Below are positions 1 to 6,892 of a DNA stretch of 60,303 nucleotides, in pieces. Position 1 is the first letter of the stretch, and each line of letters opens with the position of its first letter. The translations under genes and the position numbers were made by a program. The notes under the pieces were generated by a model. It was given only the letters and a program-made list of their open reading frames with translations, did not search any database and was not told the DNA's origin. This DNA comes from Candidatus Nomurabacteria bacterium RIFCSPHIGHO2_12_FULL_42_19. GTDB taxonomy: Bacteria; Patescibacteriota; Minisyncoccia; Phycocordibacterales; UBA9973. The stretch spans positions 3,923 through 64,225 of the forward strand of contig MFUM01000002.1 in NCBI GenBank assembly GCA_001786955.1, given 5' to 3'.

Positions 1-73
1 GCGTTGCGGAGACAGTGAAGAGTCTCCGCGAGTTTGTAGGCATTTGACCACGGTTTCAAGAAACAGTTTCCAT

Positions 74-114
74 GCCGGTGCGCTCCTCACGGGAGCCCGC
101 CGGCACCCTTTTTT
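74..114 (+). terminator. Rho-independent terminator of a GC-rich gene lying left of the window
   Basis: 13-bp stem GCCGGTGCGCTCC/GGAGCCCGCCGGC (1 mismatch, 1 G-U), 5-nt loop, followed by ACCC and a T6 run. Confidence 0.6.
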
Positions 115-151
115 ATCTATATAAATAAAGCCTTATTTTTCATATAAATCA

Positions 152-180
152 TTGACATTTTGAGATAAGTGTGATATACT
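152..180 (+). promoter_or_regulatory. Sigma70-type promoter TTGACA-N17-TATACT for the GC-rich lipoprotein gene
   Basis: TTGACA at 152..157, TATACT at 175..180 preceded by TGa; lies in an AT-rich patch between GC-rich blocks. Confidence 0.6.
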
Positions 181-233
181 ATATGCGAGTTTGTGTGTGC
201 GCGTTCATGGTGAACGAGGCGCATTTGAAAGGG

Positions 234-1025
234 ATGAAGATGCAGAAAATCGTGCGACTGATGATGGTGTTGGCAGTTCTCGGGTTGGTGGCCGCGTGCG
301 CCACCGAGACGTCGACCAAGCCGCAGGAGCAGACCGCGCCGACTGCGCAAACGGCTCCCGCTCCCGAAGCGCCCGCAGCCAAGCCGAGCGGCTCGACCGA
401 GGCGGACTTCATCCGCGCCGGCATCGAGGCCGAGCTCCGCATGCGCGAGCTCGAGAAGAAGCTCACGCCGGACGAGAAGCGCCGCAATTACGACATCCGC
501 AAGGCCGTGCTCGACGTCGCGGTGACCGATTACACCGGCGCGAACAAGGAATTGCCCGAATGGGTGCGCGCCGCTTACGACGCCTACGAGACCGAGGACT
601 ACACCAAGGGCCACGTCGCCTTCCAGCGCTCATTCGGGTGGGGAACGGGCACGTTCCAAGGCAAGCCGTTCTATTGGTTTGCCTTCACGAACACCGACGC
701 CTGGATGCAGTTCGGTTTCTCGGTGAAGCTCGATGGCAACACCAAGAAGGTGGCGCTGAGTCGGAAGGACGGATTTGGCCACGAGTGGGAGGTGGAATTG
801 AATTCGGATCCCACGAAGGGCTACGGTGTCCCCGCAGCGACCTGGATGGGAGTCACGAACGATTGGATCGAACGTGACTGCACCAAGCCGAGGGGTGAAG
901 CCTGCGACATCGGCAGTGCGCTCGACCGCGCCGTCGCCGAGATGAACTCGGCGCTTGGGCTCAAGATGACAGTGAAGGGGAAGTTCCCGTGGGAACCTCT
1001 CCTTATACCTTACGTCGAGAAGTAA
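234..1025 (+). CDS. GC-rich predicted lipoprotein, function unknown (foreign composition)
   Basis: ORF 171..1025. Internal ATG 234 (or 240, with AAAGGG 6 nt upstream) gives MKMQKIVRLMMVLAVLGLVAAC, a signal peptide plus lipobox Cys. Followed by a Pro/Ala/Thr-rich linker. GC-rich third codon positions. Confidence 0.7.
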   Translation: MKMQKIVRLMMVLAVLGLVAACATETSTKPQEQTAPTAQTAPAPEAPAAKPSGSTEADFIRAGIEAELRMRELEKKLTPDEKRRNYDIRKAVLDVAVTDYTGANKELPEWVRAAYDAYETEDYTKGHVAFQRSFGWGTGTFQGKPFYWFAFTNTDAWMQFGFSVKLDGNTKKVALSRKDGFGHEWEVELNSDPTKGYGVPAATWMGVTNDWIERDCTKPRGEACDIGSALDRAVAEMNSALGLKMTVKGKFPWEPLLIPYVEK

Positions 1026-1083
1026 GACCCGCGCCCGGCGGTTCCGAGGCAAGGTGTGATGGACACCATAACCATCAAAAAAA

Positions 1084-1120
1084 CCAGCAACGCTCGAAAG
1101 GAGTACGTTCGCTGGTTTTT
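1084..1120. terminator. Bidirectional hairpin terminator between the lipoprotein gene and rmuC
   Basis: A-run, stem CCAGCAACG/CGTTCGCTGG (one bulge), then a T5 run. Confidence 0.55.
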
Positions 1121-1170
1121 AAGTTTCAACTAATCTTCAATTTTCGCCTGCCCGACTAAACAAACTATTT

Positions 1171-2214
1171 TCAGTCGTTCGGGCGGGGCTTTTCTACTTC
1201 CAACAGAGAGAGTTCCGGCGAAGCTCCGGCGATGCGGAGCACGTCTTTATCAATTTTTTTGAGTTCTTTATTTGAAGAATTGTAATGGTTTACCACGGTG
1301 CCAAGCGCATTGCCAAGCTTGTTGTGGTATTCATCATAAGATTTTAAATGCTTGCCCAGGTCTTCCACTTTTTTGATTATTTCCTTGGCCGATTCTTCTA
1401 TTTTAAGCGCCTTGAGTCCCTGCAGGACGGTCTGCAAGTAAGCGAGAAAAGAAGTGGGACTCGTAATGATGACCTTATATTTCCCGGCGGCGCGCTGAAT
1501 TAAATTCTCTGCATTTTCATCAGAGCCGACTTTATTAGTGAGCAGGTCGTAATAAATTGCTTCGTGGGGGATAAACATAAAAGCAAAATCTGTCGTGCCT
1601 TTTGTGGGTTGGATATATTTTGCTGTCTCGGTAATTCTATTTTTTAAATCTCCCACAAACACTGCCTCCAGCTTCTTTTTTTCTACAACATCTCGTTCCT
1701 CCACCATTTTGTTATAATTTTCTAATGAAAATTTTGAATCAATTGGAATGATTTTATCTTTTACAAAGACTACCGCGTCCACAATAGTTCCATCTGGAAA
1801 AGGGTATTGCATTTGGTAGCTTCCCGGAGGCAAAACATTTTTCAAAACTGTTTCCAGATAATACTCTCCCAGGATTCCACGCTGTTTCGGATTTTTCAGA
1901 ATGTTTTCCAAGCTCTGCAACTGGTCGGCGAAAGAAATCACCTGCTTGTTAGTTTCATCCAAGCGGGTCAGGCGCTCCGTCACGTCACGGATTATCTTAT
2001 TTGATTCGCTGGAATGAAATTTTAAACTTTCGTTGACCTGCTTGTGCGACTCGCCGATTTTAGTGTCTACCGTTCTGGAAAGCTCATTGATCTGTGTCAA
2101 AATAAGATTTAAGCCCGTATCATCTTTTTTTTCTTCTTTTTTTCTGCCAAACACAAAATAGGCAATAACTCCTCCCACCACAACCGCCAGTATAATCAAT
2201 AAAGTATTTTGCAT
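1171..2214 (-). CDS. rmuC: DNA recombination protein RmuC
   Basis: N-terminal TM helix, long coiled coil, then a conserved RmuC nuclease-like core (GILGEYYLE..., DAVVFV..IPIDSKF, FMFIPHEAIY). Confidence 0.85.
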   Translation of the reverse strand: MQNTLLIILAVVVGGVIAYFVFGRKKEEKKDDTGLNLILTQINELSRTVDTKIGESHKQVNESLKFHSSESNKIIRDVTERLTRLDETNKQVISFADQLQSLENILKNPKQRGILGEYYLETVLKNVLPPGSYQMQYPFPDGTIVDAVVFVKDKIIPIDSKFSLENYNKMVEERDVVEKKKLEAVFVGDLKNRITETAKYIQPTKGTTDFAFMFIPHEAIYYDLLTNKVGSDENAENLIQRAAGKYKVIITSPTSFLAYLQTVLQGLKALKIEESAKEIIKKVEDLGKHLKSYDEYHNKLGNALGTVVNHYNSSNKELKKIDKDVLRIAGASPELSLLEVEKPRPND

Positions 2215-2220
2215 ATACTT

Positions 2221-2229
2221 ATTTTAACA
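2221..2229 (-). promoter_or_regulatory. Extended -10 (TGtTAAAAT) 6 nt upstream of the rmuC ATG (leaderless type)
   Basis: Reverse complement of 2221..2229 reads TGTTAAAAT; the spacer aagtat precedes the ATG at 2214. Confidence 0.55.
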
Positions 2230-2268
2230 TAAAATGTAAAACTTGTGACATGTCGTATTTGTCTTTTG

Positions 2269-2277
2269 TGCTACAAT
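2269..2277 (+). promoter_or_regulatory. Extended -10 (TGcTACAAT) 6 nt upstream of ATG 2284
   Basis: TGCTACAAT, then aaccat, then ATG. Confidence 0.45.
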
Positions 2278-2283
2278 AACCAT

Positions 2284-2547
2284 ATGAAAGAAGGAGGCCG
2301 CGAGCGGCCGGATGAAGCTAAAGAAGCATTATTCGTTAAATTGGCAAAAGAGCTGGAAGTTAAACCCGCGTCGTTTTTAGCGGCTGACCCCGATTTACGC
2401 AGATCGTTAACAATTGCAAAACTTATCATAATTCGTCTTTTTCCTCCTATTCCTCTAGAACTAGAAGCCAAAATGCGTAGAATTTGGTTTGCCGGTCTTG
2501 ATGCGGGAGTATTGAAACCCGAAGACGAGAAAGATATATTTAGCTAA
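2284..2547 (+). CDS. Hypothetical small protein (87 aa)
   Basis: ORF 2245..2547. ATG 2284 is chosen because it sits at the recurrent -10 plus 6 nt distance. No recognisable domain. Confidence 0.4.
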   Translation: MKEGGRERPDEAKEALFVKLAKELEVKPASFLAADPDLRRSLTIAKLIIIRLFPPIPLELEAKMRRIWFAGLDAGVLKPEDEKDIFS

Positions 2548-2553
2548 TTTCCT

Positions 2554-2602
2554 AAAAAATTAGAAAGCACCGGTAGGAACGTGGTGTTTCTCTGTCCGGT
2601 GC
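2554..2602 (-). terminator. Terminator of the GC-rich 83-aa ORF
   Basis: On the minus strand: GCACCGG, 22 nt, CCGGTGC, then TTTCTAATTTTTT. A second GC hairpin GGCGGGGGC/GCCCCCGCC lies at 2623..2649. Confidence 0.5.
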
Positions 2603-2665
2603 GATTCGCACTGTCTTCTTTAGGCGGGGGCGCGCGCGATGCCCCCGCCGGGTTTGCCCCCATGT

Positions 2666-2917
2666 TCATGTAATCCAGAACACGAAGGGGAGGTCTGTGT
2701 CCTGTCGGGCTGTCCTGCCCTGCAGAGCAACGGTAGCTGCCAGGGTAGTCTGGAGCGTATTGTCGGCGAACTTGAGGTTTTCGGGTACTACGAACGACCC
2801 GACAAACTTCGTTCGCGAGGGTTCGTCTTCGAACATGAAAACGCGCCCTTTGGTCACTTTCCCGTTCGAGAGGACCTCGAACGAGATTTTCTGTCCGGCT
2901 TCGAATTTCCAATTCAT
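2666..2917 (-). CDS. GC-rich hypothetical protein (83 aa), function unknown
   Basis: GGAGG at 2925..2929, exactly 7 nt before the ATG. GC-rich third positions. The other ORFs overlapping this block lack start signals. Confidence 0.6.
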   Translation of the reverse strand: MNWKFEAGQKISFEVLSNGKVTKGRVFMFEDEPSRTKFVGSFVVPENLKFADNTLQTTLAATVALQGRTARQDTDLPFVFWIT

Positions 2918-2964
2918 GGGGATGCCTCCATCGGGCTTGAAAGCCCGAAAAACTGTTCACTTTT

Positions 2965-2992
2965 AGTATGTATCAAAAACCCGCCCTGTCAA
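2965..2992 (-). promoter_or_regulatory. Sigma70-type promoter TTGACA-N16-CATACT for the 83-aa GC-rich ORF
   Basis: The minus strand reads TTGACA (2992..2987), 16 nt, CATACT (2970..2965). Confidence 0.55.
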
Positions 2993-3029
2993 CAGGTTTA
3001 TTTCCCCAAGTGATGCTTCAGGGTATAAA

Positions 3030-3061
3030 CCCCCACACCTATTTATAAATAGGTGTGGGGG
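3030..3061 (-). terminator. 32-nt perfect palindrome downstream of the exonuclease gene
   Basis: CCCCCACACCTATTTATAAATAGGTGTGGGGG, followed on the minus strand by TTTATA. Confidence 0.55.
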
Positions 3062-3070
3062 TAAATCCAG

Positions 3071-3787
3071 TCATTTTTTTAAATGATGTTTGAGGGTGTA
3101 TACCCAGTCCTCCTCCATTCCTCCGCTTTCAAGTTTCTGCGTCAGCAGCCACTCCAGATATCCGCGGTCGGTCGCGAGCACGTCCTCTATCTTCTTACCA
3201 TTATGTTTTCCGAAACTAAAGGAATGCAGAAGGGAAGGGTGTGAAGAAATCTCTATCATTTTTTTTATGACTTCGTTTTCGTCCAGATTTTCCTCTTTCA
3301 TCATTTTCTTTTTTAATCTTTCAAAAAGTTTTTCCAATACCAATACGTCTCCCATAGCATCGTGAGCGGTCGCATCTATCTCTATTTCAAGTAAATAACG
3401 CAAATATTGCAGATTGTATCTTTCTATTTTTCCCTCCGGATCCAAATATCGTGCAATTCGGAGCGTGCAGATAAAATTATCAGGTATAATATCTTCCTTT
3501 TTAATTATCATCAAATCAAAAAGCGCGTTATGGGCAACGACGATATTTTTCTTGTCTTCAAAAAATTTTTTAATCTTCGGCAAGTCACCACTCTCTTTAA
3601 AAGATTTCTTATCTTCCACCATTTTGTTTGTAATATGGTGCACAGCCGAAGCTTCCGGAGGGATTTTAGTCGGAGGTTTGTAAAGGCCCACAAAACTTTC
3701 ATTGTCATGTTTATAGGCAATTTGAATCAAAAAATCATTTTCCGTATTACCCGTGGTTTCCGTATCAAAAAATATCAACTTAGGCAT
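3071..3787 (-). CDS. DEDDh 3'-5' exonuclease (DnaQ/ExoX-like) with a DUF3820-like C-terminal domain
   Basis: Exo motifs FFDTETTG, HNALFD, HDAMGD. C-terminus FGKHNGKKIEDV..RGYLEWLL. Confidence 0.85.
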   Translation of the reverse strand: MPKLIFFDTETTGNTENDFLIQIAYKHDNESFVGLYKPPTKIPPEASAVHHITNKMVEDKKSFKESGDLPKIKKFFEDKKNIVVAHNALFDLMIIKKEDIIPDNFICTLRIARYLDPEGKIERYNLQYLRYLLEIEIDATAHDAMGDVLVLEKLFERLKKKMMKEENLDENEVIKKMIEISSHPSLLHSFSFGKHNGKKIEDVLATDRGYLEWLLTQKLESGGMEEDWVYTLKHHLKK

Positions 3788-3793
3788 AGTGCT

Positions 3794-3802
3794 ATTTTAA
3801 CA
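3794..3802 (-). promoter_or_regulatory. Extended -10 (TGtTAAAAT) 6 nt upstream of the exonuclease ATG
   Basis: Reverse complement reads TGTTAAAAT, then agcact, then the ATG at 3787. Confidence 0.55.
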
Positions 3803-3834
3803 CATTTTTGATATAATTATCACCGGAGAATTGC

Positions 3835-3913
3835 TTTTAGAAAGTCCGCATAATTTTCTGTTGAAAATTTGCTCAGGACTCAGCTCGTCGGCTTCCGTAG
3901 CCTTTCCAAAAAC
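3835..3913 (+). repeat. Repeat family F copy 1 (leader element upstream of yqeY)
   Basis: About 51 of 59 core positions identical to 14306..14380. Lies downstream of TGaTATAAT (3809..3817). Confidence 0.7.
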
Positions 3914-3937
3914 AATTTTCCGGCTCATAATAACATT

Positions 3938-4387
3938 ATGCTTCACGAACAAATAAAAAACGGAATAAAAGAGGCGATGATGGCGAAAGACAGTGTCCGA
4001 CTTGAAACGTATCGGGGGATGCTCGCTTCCTTTACCAACGAACTTGTTTCTAAAAACAGGAAGCCAAACGAAATGCTTGCGGATGAAGAAGCATTAGTTG
4101 TTATAACCAGGCTTTCTAAGCAAAGAAAAGATTCAATAGAACAATTCAGAAAAGGCAATCGCGAAGATTTGGTGAAAGAAGAACAGGCGCAGCTTGCTAT
4201 TTTGGAAACTTACTTGCCGAAATTGATGGACAAGAGCGAGATAGAGAAAATCGCGCTCCTAAAAAAAGACCAGCTTGGCATTTCCGACGGCACCGAAAAA
4301 GGCGCACTGATGTCCGCTTTGATGAAGGATCTGAGAGGCAAGGCAGACGGGGCTGTGGTAAAAGAAGTCGTGGATTCTCTCTTTTAA
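3938..4387 (+). CDS. yqeY: GatB/YqeY domain protein
   Basis: MLHEQIKNGIKEAMMAKDSVRLETYRGMLA... is typical of YqeY at about 149 aa; the ORF track start 3869 is an upstream extension. Confidence 0.8.
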   Translation: MLHEQIKNGIKEAMMAKDSVRLETYRGMLASFTNELVSKNRKPNEMLADEEALVVITRLSKQRKDSIEQFRKGNREDLVKEEQAQLAILETYLPKLMDKSEIEKIALLKKDQLGISDGTEKGALMSALMKDLRGKADGAVVKEVVDSLF

Positions 4388-4393
4388 TTATTT

Positions 4394-4996
4394 ATGAATA
4401 CAGTCAATCTTCTAATCCGCTTAGTGGAACACCATCAGGTTTTAGTATATTTCTTGATTTTTGTAGGCATAATTTTTGAGGGCGAGTTTATTTTATTATG
4501 CACCGGGATTCTGATGTATTTGGGTGCCCTGAACTTTTACTTTACTTTTATTTTTGTCCTGATGGGAGGCTTGTCTAAAACTTTTTTGGGTTACTATATA
4601 GGCAGTTTTATTTACAACAAATGGAATCATATAAAATTTTTCAAATATATTGAAAAACGTGTTTTTAATATAATGCCTCATTTTGAGCAGAAGCCTTTCT
4701 GGTCTATTTTTGTTTCAAAATTTATCATGATGAATCATATGGTCATTGTCTATGCCGGTTATAAAAAGATAGATTTTAAAAAATATCTGAAAGCGGAAAT
4801 TTTAGCTACGGCAATCTGGGCGCCGCTTTTATTATCGCTCGGTTATGTTTTCAGTTATACTGCGCTACAGGTTAGCCGGGAGATTTGGAGGTTTTCAATG
4901 GTGGTTCTGGTCTTGTTTATAATGTTTATTCTTTTTGACAAGTTGGTATCTTGGCTTTATGAGTTGTTTGAAGAATTTTATAATGACAACAATTAA
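4394..4996 (+). CDS. DedA/VTT-family membrane protein
   Basis: Multi-TM protein; FEGE...G motif region and C-terminal ...AIWAPLLLSLGYVF resemble the DedA family. Confidence 0.6.
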   Translation: MNTVNLLIRLVEHHQVLVYFLIFVGIIFEGEFILLCTGILMYLGALNFYFTFIFVLMGGLSKTFLGYYIGSFIYNKWNHIKFFKYIEKRVFNIMPHFEQKPFWSIFVSKFIMMNHMVIVYAGYKKIDFKKYLKAEILATAIWAPLLLSLGYVFSYTALQVSREIWRFSMVVLVLFIMFILFDKLVSWLYELFEEFYNDNN

Positions 4997-5891
4997 AAAA
5001 TTAAATCAAAAATTAATTACGCACGATGGCTCTTTCCACACGGATGATATTTTTGCGGCGGCTACGCTCTCCATTTATCTTGAAAAGAAAGGAGAAACTT
5101 TTGAAATTATTCGCACAAGGAATGAGGAAATCATCAAAAACGGCGATTATGTTTTTGACGTGGGAGGATTTTATGACGAAGAAAAGAACAGATTTGACCA
5201 TCATCAAGTTAACGGTGCGGGCAAGCGTGACAATGGCATTGAATACGCTTCTTTTGGCTTGGTGTGGAAAAAATTCGGGGGAGAATTGTGTAACGGGGAA
5301 ACGGAAGCTGAGTTAATTGACCAAAAGTTGGTTCAACCTATAGATGCTGGAGATAATGGTGTTAATTTAGTTGAATTAAAAAGAGAAGTAATACCCTATT
5401 TTATACAATATGCTTTCAATGCCTTCCGTCCGGGATGGAAAGATGTCAGTGAAAAGGCTCTATTTGTTGGATTTTTAGAGTGTGTGCAAATGGCCAAAAA
5501 CATTTTAACCAGAGAAATAGGGCGAGCCCGAGATATTACAGAAGCTCAAAAAATTATTTTTACAATTTACAGAAATGCTGAGAATAAAAAAATTATCGTT
5601 TTGGATAAAAAATATCCATGGGAAGAACTAATGCAAAATTATCCCGAACCAATTTTTGTGGTTTATCCTAGAATTGACAATTCGTGGGGGGTTGAAGGAG
5701 TGGCGGCAAGTAAATTTTCCGTTGAAAAGAGAAAAAAATTTCCAGATACCTGGGCGGGACTTAGAAATGGAGAGTTACAGGAAATCTCCAAAGTTCCCGA
5801 TGCCTTATTCTGCCATCGCGGACTTTTTATGGCTGTTGCTAAATCAAAAGAAGGCGCTGTCAAACTGGCGCAAATTGCGCTAGAATCTTAA
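4983..5891 (+). CDS. MYG1/UPF0160 family metal-dependent hydrolase
   Basis: ITHDGSFHTDDIFA, DVGG..D....RFDHHQ. Start ATG 4983 overlaps the end of the DedA gene. Confidence 0.8.
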   Translation: MTTIKKLNQKLITHDGSFHTDDIFAAATLSIYLEKKGETFEIIRTRNEEIIKNGDYVFDVGGFYDEEKNRFDHHQVNGAGKRDNGIEYASFGLVWKKFGGELCNGETEAELIDQKLVQPIDAGDNGVNLVELKREVIPYFIQYAFNAFRPGWKDVSEKALFVGFLECVQMAKNILTREIGRARDITEAQKIIFTIYRNAENKKIIVLDKKYPWEELMQNYPEPIFVVYPRIDNSWGVEGVAASKFSVEKRKKFPDTWAGLRNGELQEISKVPDALFCHRGLFMAVAKSKEGAVKLAQIALES

Positions 5892-5893
5892 AT

Positions 5894-6889
5894 ATGGCAT
5901 TTATTGACGAAATAAAAATCTACGCCGAAGCCGGACGGGGCGGAGATGGTGTCGTGCGTTGGCGGCAGGAAAAATTCGTGCCCAAAGGCGGGCCGGCAGG
6001 CGGAGACGGAGGACGCGGCGGAAATTTTTACATTCTGGCGGTGCGCGACGTGCATATACTTTCAAAATATAAGGCAAAAAAAAGTTTTTCTGCCGGGCGC
6101 GGGGAAAATGGCGCCAATAAAAGTCTTCATGGGAAAAATGGCGAAGATTTTGTTTTGGAATTACCCATCGGTTCTATCATTACCAATTTTGAAACAGATG
6201 AAAAATGGCAATTGACTCGCGAAGGAGAAAAAATTTTGCTTTTAAAAGGCGGATACGGCGGTTTTGGAAATGAACACTTTAAAAGTTCTATCAATACGAC
6301 TCCGAAAGAATGGCGGCCCGGGGAAGAAGGCGAAAAAGGAAATTTTAAAATAGAGCTCGAACTTTTTGCCGATATCGGATTAATCGGACTTCCGAATGCC
6401 GGTAAAACTTCTCTTTTGAATACTCTTACAAATGCGGAAGCAAAAGTTGGGGATTATGCTTTCACTACACTTGATCCGAATCTGGGAGATTTTTATGGCT
6501 ACATTATTGCCGATATTCCGGGAGTTATTGAAGGAGCCTCGGAAGGCAAAGGACTTGGCGTGAAATTTCTGCGTCATATCAAGCGCACCAAAATGCTGGC
6601 CCATCTCGTATCTTTTGAAAACTCCAATATGCTGAAAAGTTACAAAGAAATTCGTAAAGAACTTGAAAAATACGATAAAAAATTAAACTTGGGCGAAGAG
6701 GGGCTTTCTTCTAAAGATGAAATAATAATTTTGACAAAAAGTGATGTAATGGACGATCAGAAGATTATTGCAAAAAAAGCGGCAGAGCTTAAAAAATTGA
6801 AGAAAAAAGTTTTCACTTTAACTTTATTTGATGATAAAATGGTAAAAAAGTTTAAGGATGAACTGGTAAAAATTTTAAAGAAAAAATAA
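5894..6889 (+). CDS. obg: GTPase Obg
   Basis: Gly-rich Obg fold GGDGGRGG; G-domain GLPNAGKTS, DIPG, TKSD. Confidence 0.95.
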   Translation: MAFIDEIKIYAEAGRGGDGVVRWRQEKFVPKGGPAGGDGGRGGNFYILAVRDVHILSKYKAKKSFSAGRGENGANKSLHGKNGEDFVLELPIGSIITNFETDEKWQLTREGEKILLLKGGYGGFGNEHFKSSINTTPKEWRPGEEGEKGNFKIELELFADIGLIGLPNAGKTSLLNTLTNAEAKVGDYAFTTLDPNLGDFYGYIIADIPGVIEGASEGKGLGVKFLRHIKRTKMLAHLVSFENSNMLKSYKEIRKELEKYDKKLNLGEEGLSSKDEIIILTKSDVMDDQKIIAKKAAELKKLKKKVFTLTLFDDKMVKKFKDELVKILKKK

Positions 6890-6892
6890 ATT

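Noticed and set aside
1-47. Possible 3' end of a truncated CDS (frame 3, ...VAETVKSLREFVGI, stop at 45..47) upstream of the terminator at 74..114
   Set aside because: Only 14 codons are visible, so coding status and frame cannot be supported. Only the terminator is reported.
117-1052. Long ORFs overlapping the lipoprotein gene (117..614 minus, 191..877 plus, 630..1052 minus)
   Set aside because: These are typical shadow ORFs of a GC-rich region. They are Arg/Gly/His-rich, have no start signals, and lack the signal peptide, promoter and terminator logic that supports the 234..1025 frame.
2544-3013. Alternative ORFs in the second GC-rich block (2544..2960 minus, 2639..3013 plus, 2697..2966 plus)
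   Set aside because: None has an SD or promoter context. Only 2666..2917 (minus) has GGAGG-N7-ATG and G/C-biased third codon positions.
3839-3851. 13-nt identity GAAAGTCCGCATA shared with 34379..34391
   Set aside because: It is too short. Several 13-mer coincidences are expected by chance in a 60-kb window, and the flanks do not align.
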